Positions 21,281 through 48,872 of a stretch of DNA of 64,000 nt are shown here, piece by piece. The notes beneath the pieces were generated by a model. That model was not told the DNA's origin. It ran no database searches and was given only the letters and a program-made list of their open reading frames with translations. The DNA is from Blastocystis sp. Blastoise (Eukaryota > Protista > Bigyra: Opalinata), in contig JBBPEB010000004.1 in assembly GCA_039096225.1 (NCBI GenBank), positions 744,001 to 808,000 of the forward strand. The letters are read 5' to 3'. Made by a program: the position numbers and the translations under genes. Within the stretch, counting starts at the first letter, position 1. Each line of letters opens with the position of its first letter.

Positions 21281-24200
21281 ATGATCATAGCAACATTATT
21301 ATCTGAGAGACATGACACTTATCATAGATCAACTACCTTGATTGCAGATGAAATCAACAATGTGAATATTTCTTTAAATAATGAGAATACACCAATTGAG
21401 ATAGAAAATGGTGATATTATAAGGCAGATCATGCAACTCATCTTATCACAAAAAGTATACGGTTTATATTAATATATATATAATATATACCTCTCTTTTA
21501 ATATAAGCCATTATTATATTTCTTCAACACAATACCTACTAATCATTTTATCTAGATAATTCATGAGAAAGTGAGTACAAAAGAGGATGCCATGAATGAC
21601 CTAATTTTTGAGTGTTGGAGAAAACTAGGTATTAGCTTTCAAAAAGTAGCAAATTTGTATGAATTAATAAATAATTTAATAAGCGAATTTGACATTGATC
21701 TTCCTATATTAACAATACCCAAATGCTCACAAAATATTGTAAGAAAATATGTTAGAAATTCTATATATAAGCCTCTTCATATAAATATATTTTCATGTAA
21801 TAAGTGTCATGTAATACATACATATAATACAATACAAGCATATCCATTATTTAAAGATATAACATGTAGTAATCCTATATGCAACGGAAATATATGTATA
21901 TATTTCTAGAAGTAGTTATATATATATATATATATATCACAAAACATTATATAATTCTTATATAGGTAACAAACAAGTTATTATTCCACTAATTCCCCGA
22001 CTTCAAGCCATACTTTCATCTCCATATTATATACAAGATATTGAATTTTATCGAAAAGATGAGATAGAACAAATATATAGTAGTCTTAATAATAGTAACC
22101 TAGATTCAATGATTCAAAATATACCAAATTACATGCTAGGAATGAATTATAAATCATATCTTAGAGATTGTGCCAATAATGGTGATATCATTTTATCATT
22201 CAACGTTACTACAGACGGTATATCGATGTTTGATAAGGCTGTTACTAAGCAGAATAGTTCTTCAAACCCAATTTTGATCCAATTATTAAATTATAAGAAA
22301 TTTAGAAAGTACGATAAAAGAGAGTTCTATATGTATACTTGCGTAGATGAGCCTTCTATTGACTTATGCCTTGATATACTGATGGCTGAATTCAAGTTAC
22401 TCCAAGCTGGAATAAACATGGATATTTATCTTGATGGGAGATTACAGAATAGGAAAGTAGTTGGCATATTAATTAATACATTTGGAGATTCTGCAGCATT
22501 ATCTCATGTAGGTAAATTTTTAGGTCCATCATCTACATATCCTTGTAGATTTTGCGATATGCAAAGCGATAAGCATGCTGAACTATTACATGAAGGTATG
22601 AAGTGTTCCTATTCTCATGTATCTATATCAGTTCAAAAGTCGAATACTGGAGTCCATATATATATTCCATGTTATCAGTTTCTTCTTAAATGGATTAATA
22701 AAACGAATACTTATATAAATAGTAAACCATATATCATGTACAAATCCTTTTCGAAGAGTTGTAAGTTATATGAAGATTCATTTACTAATATTAGATACAA
22801 TCCATATTCTAAAGAAGTAATTACTGAAATAAGAAGTAGTAATAATGATAATCCATCCTACAATAAAGGAATAAAAAAGGTAAGAAGTACTTCTGAACAA
22901 CTTAGCTACTTTAATCCTTCAACATCATTTCCATTAGATACTATGCATCTTTTTGGAAATGTTTGTAATACTTTATTAAGTTTATTATTTGGATTCAAGA
23001 AGGAAAATAAAAATAAAAGTAAGAAGAAGGAAGAAAGTAATAAAAGTAAGAAGAAGAAAGAAAGTAATAAAGGTAAGAAGAGGAAAAATAGTAATAAAGG
23101 TAAGAAGAAGAAAGATAGTAATAAATGTAATATGAAGGAAGATAGTAATGAAAGTAATATGAAGGAAGATAGTAATATGAAGGAAGATAGTAATGTAAGT
23201 AATATGAAGGAAGATCAATCGAATAAAAAGACATCCTCAAATGAAAAAGAAAATGATAATACTAAAGAAAACCAGAGGAAACCATTTGAACTAAACCCAA
23301 CAAATAAAAGCATTTTGGAAACACGTATCTCAGCAGTTAATAGTATATATGGGGATTGTGAATACCAGTTTCGTTATATACTAGATGAAACAATGTTCAA
23401 CAAAATAAATACACACACGAAAATATTTTTCGTTTCTAAAATATTACCATTAATATTATATGATTTTAATTCAAAAGACAGTCCTATAATACCTCTTTTC
23501 GAATTATTAGCTTCTATTATTCATGATTGCCATATATATAAAGCGAATGATATCGAAGACTTGGAAATGCTTGAAAAGAAATGTTTTACATTCACATTTC
23601 TCTGTGAGCTTATACTGCCAAAGCAATTAATTACATCTCAAATACATTCTATCCAGCACTTGGTCTCATGTTTAAGAAATACAGGAAGCTTATCAGTAAC
23701 ATCAACTTGGAAATCAGAATCATATTATTCTAAAATTAAGCACTCATCTCATTCTCGCAATGAATTTAATATTTCCTGCTGCATGTCATCAATAACCAAA
23801 GAAACAATTTTAGTATCTAATGATCATCAAGGAAGATCCAATAACAGAAACGAAATAAGTAATATATCTCAACCATGTGAAGATATGCAACATGATAAGA
23901 ATACTATTTACTATAATCCTGTTGGAAACAATAAAACATATATATATTCTGCTAGTTGTTCTCATTATTCTGAACCGATAGAGATGCCAGATAAAGTACT
24001 TTTCCAGTTTCTCAAAATAATTCTTGAAGAAGGATCTCAAACACTTATTAATTATCTAATAGATGGTATTATTGGTTGGACAGGAGAAAATAGAAATTAT
24101 AATTTAAACTTATTTATAGAAAATAATTTTCATCAGTTGAAGGATAATTATAATAAACTATCTGTTAGTTTCTATGATAGAATCCTTGTTAATAACAAAC

Positions 24201-24532
24201 TTATATATACAACCAGCCAAGTTGATGATGGTGTACATAGAATAGATAATTCATACTTGATATATTATGAAAAAGAAAATAATCATCAGCCACATCTTGT
24301 AAAGGCCTTAAAATATATAAAGGTGAATGATTCCATATTTGTAATGAATTACGATTATGGTCCAGCATTATCATCTGCAACAGGATTATATTATCACTTT
24401 ATGGACAGTCAAGGGTTTCAAGGATTCCAAAATATTAACATATTTCTTGCTTCAAACGTTTTAGTAATGGATATACATACAAATAAAACCCCTGATGACA
24501 TTCTTTGTGAAGTATATACTTATATTAATTAA
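21281..24532 (+). CDS. CACTA/CMC transposase (Transposase_21-like)
   Basis: Exons ~21281-21454, ~21557-21895, ~21966-24510. Motifs CNKC...CSNPIC, PLIPRLQAIL, NVTTDG, FGDSAA...GPSSTYPCRFC, PLDTMHL, HSIQHL...G....STWKSESYYSKIK. The 3' end may have one more small exon. Confidence 0.88.
22995..23220 (+). repeat. Coding tandem repeat (~27-bp unit), Lys-rich insert in the CACTA transposase
   Basis: KSKKKEESN / KGKKRKNSN / NMKEDSN repeats. Confidence 0.8.
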
Positions 24533-26854
24533 TAATAAATAATAATATATTCATATTAGTATCATAATAAATACATCGTATGTATATTAGTAATAGTTAT
24601 TTAGTATCATTTTTTATATTTCATTGTGTAGATAAATCTTTTAATTACTAATATAATAATTATTATAATGAATTCATTTTACTTTTATATATATTTAATT
24701 ATCAGAATGATTACCTTCATCTTTATATGCATATATATATTCTTAATACTAATTATTTATATATTATTAACTATAAAAAATTTTGTCAAATAATATCTTT
24801 TATTGTTTCTATACTTTATTCTTCTTTATATAGGAAAAACAAACCAAAGAAAAGACTATCCAAAGGTCTACGTTGACAGTAACTTCAGAAGATGTTTATA
24901 CTTATACAACATTTATACCAAAAGACTACATGCATGTGAATGGGTACATTTCCATGTAAATACTTATAAAATTATATGTATAATCGTATTTAAACTTTGA
25001 CTTTTTTATAATTTATATTTTTAATGTATAATTTCATACATATTATCTCTTATAATCACTTTTTGGTTGTTCTTGTTATTAATGAATTTCATAACATAAA
25101 AGCAGATCATAGTAGGTTTTTCTAACTTAATTCAACTTCATAATAGTTAAAATTACAGTGAATAAATGTTTTAAATAATACATAAAAAAATGTTCAAATT
25201 CATATCTATTTACAACTTTTTTCACCAATAATCTATATATATGAAGCAATAATCATCGAACTTTTCAAGTATCTAATATTATATCGAATAATATATATAT
25301 TATATTGATTTGTACTAAATTCATTCATATTTACTGAATATATCCTTATTTCATTGTATTTTTCTATCCATAATAATAAAGCATCTTATTTAAAAACTAT
25401 TACATGTTCTATTCAAAATAGAATGAGCATAGACTTATTTAATTTAATCTTCTAAATTCTCATATATTTTTTTAAATGTTTAATATATAATCCTATTTTA
25501 TTGTTATTAATTCATAAAGTAATTATTACAGTAATATATGTTTTCTATATATTTTACTAAACCATTTTCAATAACCATATTAGTAGATCTTTTGTTACTA
25601 ATAAATGAAATATTAATGGCAAACCATAATGAGTAATATATGATTTTTGTATGAACAGTCATATGATGAGAGTAAGAAAAGAGATAGAAGAAAAAATAAT
25701 TAAAAGGAGAATCTGCATAGCAATACTATATTATAATCTCATTAATCTATAGTATTATTAGTAGTAATAATAGACATTCATTGATAGTTGTGATAGAACT
25801 ATTTATGATCTAAGATCAGTAGAGGTTATAAAGAAAGTAATAGTACTTCAAGTATTATTACTTATGGTATTCTTTCTTTAAAGATATGATTACGAAAACC
25901 GAATTACATATTGATATCATAACATTTTTGGTATTTAAATTAATTTAAAAACTGTTAGTAAAGGAGGTACAATCATTTAATGACATAGCATAATATTTTA
26001 ATTGATTCAAAATGTAAGAGAAATTAGAAAACAAGAATAGAAAACATAATTATAATCTTATCATTGTTCTTATTAATAACTACTATTATACGTAGTATTA
26101 GGAGAAGAAAGAGGAAAAATATAAAAGGTATTGCATAGTAGTATATTCCAAATATATAAGTATTAACAATATTAGAAGCAATAGACAGAAAAAGGATTTG
26201 GTGTATAATAGTTTAAGTAGCAGAATATCATTAGTATTAGATATAGTATTATTGGAATAAGAATGTAAAAAGACATGACACATATAAAATATCTTTAATA
26301 TCATTACAACTAGACATAATAATAACGGTAGTAGTAGCACAAAATATTTCTATTATATTTAAGAATTCTTATAATTATTATGAGCATGCGTATTATAACG
26401 AAAACAAGAAGAAAATTGTAGGAGTTTAGTAATAGTAGTAGTGTCATCATCAGCTTATTATATAAAAATACAAGGAGACATAACAGTATGGGTATGTTCT
26501 AACAAGAGGAAGATTATTTTGAAGAAATATTTGTATTACGATGAAAATATAATCAGTTGTTAGAATAAAAAGGCTTATACTAGTAATACTATTATACTTC
26601 ATGATCTTCTGATTGTTATATAGAGAAGACTATTAATATTATTGATTCTTTATTAGTATTAGTATATGTACTATTATTTATAATCTTAGTATCTTAGTAT
26701 TTGCATCCAAATTACTGATTCTTAATATAGCATTCATTCTTCTTCATGCTTTATTATTATTCTTATTGTTAATACACTTGATATGACTTTTGTTTTTGTT
26801 ATTAATAACTGTAATATACAGCAGTAATATATGGAAGTAATAATATTTAAGGAT

Positions 26855-29470
26855 GTAGTAATAATAGTATCATAAAGAAGTAATATTATCATAAAGAAGT
26901 AATAGTATCATAAAGAAGTAATAGTATTATAAAGAAGTAATAGTATTATAAAGAAGTAATAGTATTATAAAGAAGTAATAGTATCATAAAGAAATAAAAG
27001 TATTGTAAAGAAGTAATAGTATTGTACAGAAGTAATATTATTATAAGGAAGTAGTTACATTATAAGGAAGTAATAATATTATAAGTAAGTAGTTAAATTA
27101 TAAGTAAGTAATATTATAATGAAGTAGTAATATTATTATTATAAGTAAGTAGTAACATTATAAGTTATATTATTAAAATGAAGTAATAATATTGTAATGA
27201 AGTAATATTATAAGTAAGTAGTAATAATATTATTATAAGTAAATGGTAACATTATAAGTTATATTATTATAATGAAGTCATAGTATTATAAGGAAGTCAT
27301 ATTATAATGAAGTAATAATATTATAAGGAAGTAATAATATTATAAGGAATTAATATTATTATAAGTAAGTAGTAATAATATTATTATAAGTAAGTAATAA
27401 TATTATAATGAAGTAATAGTATTATATAGATGTAATAATATTATAAGGAAGTAATAGTATTATAAGGAAGTAATAATAATATAAGTAAGTAGTAATAATA
27501 TTATTATAAGGAAGTAATAATATTATGAGGAAGTAATAGTATTGTAAAGAAGTCATAGTATTATAAGGAAGTAATAGTATTATAATGAAGTAATAATATC
27601 ATAAAGAAGTAATATTATTATAAAGAAGTAATCTTATTATAAAGAAGTAATAGTATTATAAGGAAGTAATAGTATTATAAGGAAGTAATAATATTATGAG
27701 GAAGTAATAATATTATCATAAGTACTAACATTATAAGTTATATTATTATAGGTAAGTAATAATATTATAAGTAAGTAGTAACATTATAAAGAAGTAGTAA
27801 CATTATAAAGAAGTAGTAACATTATAAAGAAGTAGTAACATTATAAAGAAGTATTAATATTATAAAGAAGTAATAATATTATAAGGAAGTAATAGTATTA
27901 TAAGGAAATAATAGTATTATGAGGAAGTAATAATATTATAAGTAAGTAGTAATAATATTATAAGTACTGACATTATAAGTTATAATATTATAAGGAAGTA
28001 ATAGTATTATGAGGAAGTAATAGTATTATGAGGAAGTAATAGTATTATAAGAAAGTAATAGTATTATAAGAAAGTAATAGTATTATGAGGAAGTAATAGT
28101 ATTATGAGGAAGTAATAGTATTATAAGGAAGTAATAGTATTATGAGGAAGTAATAATATTATAATGAAGTAATAATATTATAAGTAAGTAGTAATAATAT
28201 TATAAAGAAGTAATAATATTATAAGGAAATAATAATATTATGAGGAAGTAATAGTATTATAAAGAAGTAATAGTATTATAAGGAAGTAATAGTATTATAA
28301 GGAAGTAATAATATTATAAGGAAGTAATAATATTATAAGTAAGTAGTAATAATATTATAAGTACTAACATTATAAGTTATAATATTATAAAGAAGTAATA
28401 ATATTATAAGGAAGTAATAATATTATAAGTAAGTAATAATATTATAAGTAAGTAGTAATAATATTATAAAGAAGTAATAGTATTATGAGGAAGTAATAGT
28501 ATTATAAGGAAGTAATAGTATTATAAGTACTAACATTATAAGTTATATTATTATAAGTAAGTAATAATATTATGAGGAAGTAATAGTATTATGAGGAAGT
28601 AATAGTATTATAAGTACTAACATTATAAGTTATATTATTATAAGTAAGTAATAATATTATAAGTAAGTAATAATATTATAAGGAAGTAATAGTATTATAA
28701 GTAAGTAATAATATTATAAGGAAGTAATAATACTATAAGTACTAACATTATAAGTTATATTATTATAAGTAAGTAATATTATTATAGGAAAGTAATAATA
28801 TTATAAGTAAGTAGTAACATTATAAGGAAGTAATAATATTATAAAGAAGTAATAATAATATGAGGAAGTAATAATATTATGAGGAATTAATATTATCATA
28901 AGTAAGTAGTAATAATATAAGGAAGTAATAATATTATAAGGAATTAGTATTATCATAAGTAAGTAGTAATAATATTATTATAAGTAAGTAGTAATATTAT
29001 TATAGGAAAGTAATAATATTATAAGGAAGTAGTAGTAATAAGGAAGCAATTACAATATTATTATAAAGAAGTTGTAATAATATTATAGGTAAGTAATATT
29101 ATTATAGGTAAGTAATAATAGTATTATAGGAAAGTAATAATATTATAAGGAAGTAGTATTAATATTATTATAGGTAAGTAATAATATTACAGGTAAGTAA
29201 TAATATTACAGGTAAGTAATAATATTATAGGTAAGTAATATTATTATAGGTAAATAGTAATAATATTATAGGTAAGTAATAATATTATAGGTAAATAGTA
29301 ATAATATTATAGGTAAGTAATAATATTATAGGTAAGTAATAATATTATAAGGAAGTAATAATATTATAAGGAAGTAGTAGTAATAATTTTATAGGTAAGT
29401 AATAATATTATAAGGAAGTAGTAGTAATAATAATAGTATAAGTAATAGTATTATAAGGAAGTAATAATAC
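26855..29470. repeat. ~2.6-kb minisatellite, 19-bp unit consensus AGGAAGTAATAGTATTATA
   Basis: Directly visible tandem units with variants (AAGAAG/AGTAAG/GAGGAAG; occasional GTACTAACATTATAAGTTAT); no ORF. Confidence 0.92.
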
Positions 29471-29736
29471 TATTATTATCGCCAAAAAAAGTTAATTTCA
29501 TCATTCATATTATTCTTCTTAGTTATAACATTAATATAATTCTTATCATTATTATAAGATAATATATTATTATTATAATTAGTACCTATAAGGCACTCAT
29601 ACTTATATTCTTATTATTTTCTTTACATGATTCTTTTTATTCTTATTATAATATCATAAAATCTAGAAGTGAGAAATAAAATTATGAAAAGCAGAATCTA
29701 TAGAATGTAAATAAATATTTCTGTGTAACGCTTGTA

Positions 29737-29743
29737 ATAATAA

Positions 29744-29779
<36 letters not shown>

Positions 29780-31125
29780 TATATGTTTCAAGTGGATATT
29801 GAGTAGTTGATATATCTAATAGTAATTGAGAGCAGGCATGATCATTACAGAGATTAAGGAATATATCTAAGCAATTTTTAATAATCACTGTATTATCTTC
29901 CCAATAACGAAGGTTATTCAAAATTACATCGATTAAGTGATTTAATATATTACTCTTCTTACATCTAGACAAAAAATAAGATAAATCATCAATGCAATAT
30001 TGATAAATTATTTATATATATATTTAATTTCTATCTATTAATACATAGCCAATAAATATATATAATTGCTCTTTTCGAGAGGAATTCATATCAAGAAAGG
30101 TATCATCAGGAAGACGCTTCTTATTCTCATATATATATCTATATTTCTGAATTGTTCAAAGAAAATTTAATGATAATTCCATGTTGGAATTAATCCTACT
30201 AAATCAATTCTATATATATATATTTATACATATATATATATACTGTAAAAACGAAAGCAAAAACAAATGTAATAATATATAATAATATATATAATAATAT
30301 ATAATAACATATTATAATATAGTTTATATATATTTACGTTAAGTCAATAACTAGCATTATGTTTAAGTTGAATAACTTCTGTACCTATTAATGATAGTTA
30401 TTTTGAACCTGTGTTTGCTGAATACTTGATTAATAAAAACAGTAACAACAGTATTACAAAACCACGAAAGACAGCCTATAAATAATTGTTTAAGAATATA
30501 TATATTGCTCAATAATTGTTTTATTCGCCAATTCTTGATAATCTGTAGTATTTACTCATACTTTAGAAAATTGATAAAGAAGGGTCTAGAAATACACGAG
30601 AATAGAAGTAATAAATATAATAATGAATATAAATATAAACGTATATTTAAATGCAAATATAAACAAAAAAAGAGATTATTATAATAATACTATATACATT
30701 ATATTCTTCATTAAGAGGATCAAAGCAGTTACATATATATGTAGTATTCACTTAAAAAAATATCTGACTATTTGAGGTAATTGTTGCATTTCTATGGCTA
30801 AGCTTTCTGTATCACTAAGAGGGTTATTCATATCATCATCAACATAATCATCTACACTTTCCATTTTACCATTAATATATGCTTGTATTAATTGATGAAC
30901 AGATTCATTAAAACAACTTGTATTATCAATATCTGAACCGATCTGAACATAACGTTCAGCACAAATCAGTCAACTCCATAAAGTAAGTAAATAACTAAAA
31001 GAATTACTACACCATTGCCAATTCTTAAAGGAATCAATAGTAAAATTTGTTAAAAGACGAATAAATTCACTATATCGTGGAGTTCTGAAAAGTTCTGATA
31101 ACTGGAAATTAGCCTAAAGAAATAG

Positions 31126-31172
<47 letters not shown>

Positions 31173-31460
31173 TTATAGTATAATATATTCGTATATAGAA
31201 TTCATATAATACATTAATAATAATAATAATAAATATATCTATATACTTTAAGTTTTCATAATAATTGACAGAACATATGATAAGTATCTTTATCATCAAA
31301 TGCATGACTACGAGTTAATTGTTCAAAAACCTCTTCAATTAATAATTTTAAGAATTCTAAACGAGATTCAGGTTTAACAAAGAGATAACGTCTCATAGAA
31401 GTCATCATTAATAAACAATGTAAACAAGTGACTGTAGTAGGAGGATAGCAGGAGTAATAA
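29737..31460 (-). pseudogene. XPO7: Internal fragment of exportin-7 (XPO7/RanBP17 family), intron-containing, inside the CACTA element
   Basis: 'CLHCLLMMTSMRRYLF...YHMFCQLL', 'ANFQLSEL...FIRLLTNFTIDSFKNWQWCSNSFSYLLTLWS*', 'AYINGKMESV...NPLSD' and 'ILNNLRYW' match exportin-7. In-frame TGA at 30970-30972; truncated at both ends. Confidence 0.85.
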
Positions 31461-32923
31461 CTAGATAAAGAAGATAATGATGACAATAATAATAAGTATA
31501 ATAATAAGTATAATAATGATAGACATCTATTATATAATATATATATATAATAATTACTATACAATGATTTTTAGTAAAGTTAAATAAATGAATAAATACA
31601 GAAAAGTATGTAATTCTAAATCAGAACAAAACATGAATTTAATTTTTGCACAAAAACATATTCTGTTCTTGTTTAATATGATTAGACAAGCCGTAGACAA
31701 TAGTAACAATCATAAAACTTAACCGATGTAGTTAATTCACAAAAGAATTGTGGCAGCATAACTTCTTAAATACTCTAATAAATATCCAAAACCATTATTG
31801 AAAGGCATAACTTCATTAACAACTGTAAACATCGAAAGGAAAAACTAAAAAGACAACAGATTAACAACAACATATAAAAAAATCTATAAGATTATAAAGT
31901 AATACGTGTAGCAATTATATCTATAATAATCAAACACATTTATCAATTTAAAATAAATTATGACATTTTGTTAACAATAATTATAATAAAAATTCTTCGT
32001 TTAAAAAAAACGAAGAAAACTCGCTGTTTTTTACAAAAAAATTTTTCTTCGTTTTTTAATCATTCATTGACCTAATTCAAATGTTACAAGCTGTTCGTCA
32101 TATAGAATAAAAATTAGTTGTGTCTTCTTACTTTTAAATAAAAACTAACAAATTATATTGATTTACTCAAAATCGATATGAAATAATTTGGGCAACTATA
32201 ATGTTTATAGCATATAATTTAGGGTGATTATGCTATGATACAATTGTGAAATCAACACACAAACAAATATTTGAATCTGATGCAAAATATTCTATTGACG
32301 CATCATTAAGGGTGTCTTGTGGCTCATATACTCATATCTGATATGAAATGAGTCTTAAAACAATTTTCAATTATATTTAGACATGTTTTAATTCAAAAAT
32401 AGAAATAGACCAAGTTTTGAATGGGAAAAACATTCCCGTAAGTATTTCAAAAATTTAAGACTCTGGTCTGACTGTCCATCAAACAAATAGGCTCGGTTAT
32501 TTTTTTTCACTGAAAAAAAAATAACAAAATTTGAATTTTTGGCTGAAATTTGGTTTTGAGCCATAGCGGCCATTTTATTAATTTTTATTCGTATATATGA
32601 CTCTTAAAAATCTTTTACTCCAAACACAACTATAAAAAACTTTATAATATGGACCCGATGAATTAACCAAATTTCGACTTAAAACAAACTAAAAACGTTT
32701 TTGATATTATGTGACATTCTAAGACGAGAAAATAATGTCAATTTTTTAATAAAATATGTCTAATATGGTTTTTTATACCTAAGAAAAACTAAACTGAAAA
32801 AAAGTGTCAAAATTTTGTCAAAATTCACGATTTTTGCCTAAGTCGCTGAAGTAAATCTCATTCCATTGGTGGAACAAGTTTTGAACCAAAATCAACCAAT
32901 CAGATACATTTAATAATTAAAAT

Positions 32924-32936
32924 ATCGCTGATAGTG
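32924..32936 (-). repeat. CACTA right TIR
   Basis: ATCGCTGATAGTG followed by ATT. Confidence 0.92.
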
Positions 32937-33512
32937 ATTTCACTTACTTAAAATATGGCGAACACAATTCAATCAACAACTATAAAGAAATAGAACTTAA
33001 CGAAATCCAATGTATTTAACATGTAAAGAATCGGTCAGATGTTAAGCGTTTTGCCTTCTAGCTAAGTTTTTGTTCAATACACACAAATTAAAATTAATGT
33101 ATCGATGGTTTATCCTAGCAAAAACAATAATAAAATGCGCCACATCGTCATACCCATTATACATGATGAATATATAATCTAATACTTACGTTCACATCAA
33201 TATATTTCTCTTCGGCAGCAGAAAGCATGGATATCACAAGGCTTATATTGCAACTATAAAAATAGGAAAAATAATTTAGGAAGACTTTTATATGCATAAA
33301 AAACATAAACAAAAATATAGTATTGCTTATGATTAGGAAAACCACTTTTTGGGCCTGTTTTTGACATCAAATGACGACATAACGCCCTTCAATGCTTCGA
33401 CACGGCCATATAAATAATATAATTATATATACCTATTGTTAGGCTTGCTGTTGCAATAGATACCATAGCTAAAACAAACCATTATGGACTGAAACCATCT
33501 ATAGAAAAAATA

Positions 33513-33640
33513 ATTAGGTGTGAGCTGCCTTAAAAGTGAGATAAGTCCACAAGAACTTTCCCGTGGAGGGCAGACCTAGGTGTCTGGCCTTTTCCCAAGA
33601 AGGGAAGTCTACTCTGGCATACGGGCATTACAATTCCCAA
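33513..33640 (-). ncRNA. Candidate structured ncRNA (H/ACA-like), unassigned
   Basis: GC-rich island with stems TTCCC/GGGAA, CTGCC/GGCAG and TCCACGGGAA/TTCTTGTGGA (G-U pairs on the minus strand); AGAGTA (ANANNA) and terminal ACAcct. Confidence 0.3.
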
Positions 33641-34242
33641 ATAAAGTTAACATTAAATGAGAATAATGCGTATGCGTACAAGTGAACATATTATACGATA
33701 TATAAATTACATACTCATAAATCAGATTCTTTGTTCATAACACATAGAAACTTAAAAAACAAACAAAAGAAATATGATATGGATTTAGAGTAAAAATTAT
33801 TTTTTGGGGAGATACAAATGAGATATGAAACTGTATAGTGATCGGTATGATTATCATGGTTCTTTGTAAGCACAAAAACTTTTTCAATACTGAAATAATT
33901 CCATGATTCTTTAGTAAGATATAACCTAAATTTGAAAAATATCACTTTTTTTGAGTTTTCAAATAAAAAAACAAGAAAAGTGTCTTTTTCGCGTCTTAGA
34001 AAGCTTATAATAGGATTTAGGTACTTGTTAGGCTATTAGCTAGGTTATATATATTCAAAGACACGAAAAAATTTGAACTTTATTGTGATTATTCTCTCCT
34101 GTCTGTTTTTTTTGTAACTATTGATCCATTATAATATTATATCTACTGTAGGTATTATCTCACTAATTCAAATTTTATATTTAGACTGTATAACTAGAAC
34201 TAATCTTCAAAATTATTGTTTATTCTAAATAATTTAATCGGT

Positions 34243-48057
<13,815 letters not shown>

Positions 48058-48112
48058 TATATATCTTACTTATATATTGGTTTCTTTTATAATATATATT
48101 TTTTTAATTATA

Positions 48113-48120
48113 TGTTTGTT
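48113..48120 (+). promoter_or_regulatory. TGTTTGTT, candidate Blastocystis-type polyadenylation downstream element
   Basis: Exact motif ~55 nt after the PHD gene stop codon. Confidence 0.4.
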
Positions 48121-48872
48121 TCTATGTAATGTATATGTTGTTTTACAAAAAATAATTATATATTCTCTTTCTAGTTTTTATTTTTGAATTATATTTCAAA
48201 AATATAATTATATATGTTTTTTTATATGTTTATTATATGCTAATTTTTTAATTTTTTTTTTGACTTTTCTTATTTATTTGATGTTTTTAAGTATATATAC
48301 AAATATATATATATACATGTGTATTTTTATAAGCAACTGTTGAATAGTATCATTGCTTAATAGTATATATCTTGTTCGTTCGTTTTTGTATAATTTATAT
48401 ATACGAAAACAAATGTAATTGTAATAGAACAATAATCATAATGTATATAAATATAGAACAATACCAATTTAGAATTCGAAAAAGACATATTCATAGTGAC
48501 TAAACAGATTAAGATAGAAAAAAATATAAGAACAAAGAAACATAATAATATTAAAAAAAAGAAAAATATATGATACTTGTTTACAAAAGAAAAATTAGAA
48601 TAAAAAATAATAATGAATAAGACAAAAGAGAAAAATATGATGAATTCAAATATGAAATGAACTGTCATTTCTTAAAGAAAAGACATGAAGAAAAAGTAAT
48701 AGTAAATAATAAACATTCTTTAAAAACAAAATATACTCGATTATGAAATATATAAATGCATATTTAATATATATATTTAAAAAAACAAATTTATAAAATA
48801 TATAAAAAAAAATTATAAACATATAAATGAAAAAGAAATTATATACATATATAGAATACCCAACAAATAATA

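Noticed and set aside
26855-29470. CRISPR-like or telomeric array
   Set aside because: No unique spacers; degenerate 19-bp units in an internal position of a eukaryotic transposon.
33182-33260. ATACTTAC... resembling the U1 snRNA 5' end
   Set aside because: Continues GTT rather than CTG and has no U1 stems or Sm site; better explained as a minus-strand GTAAGTAT donor.
33513-33640. SRP RNA, RNase P RNA or U5 identity for the GC-rich island
   Set aside because: No SRP helix 8 and no CR-V partner were found, and the loop reads GCCTTTTCC rather than the invariant U5 GCCUUUUAC.
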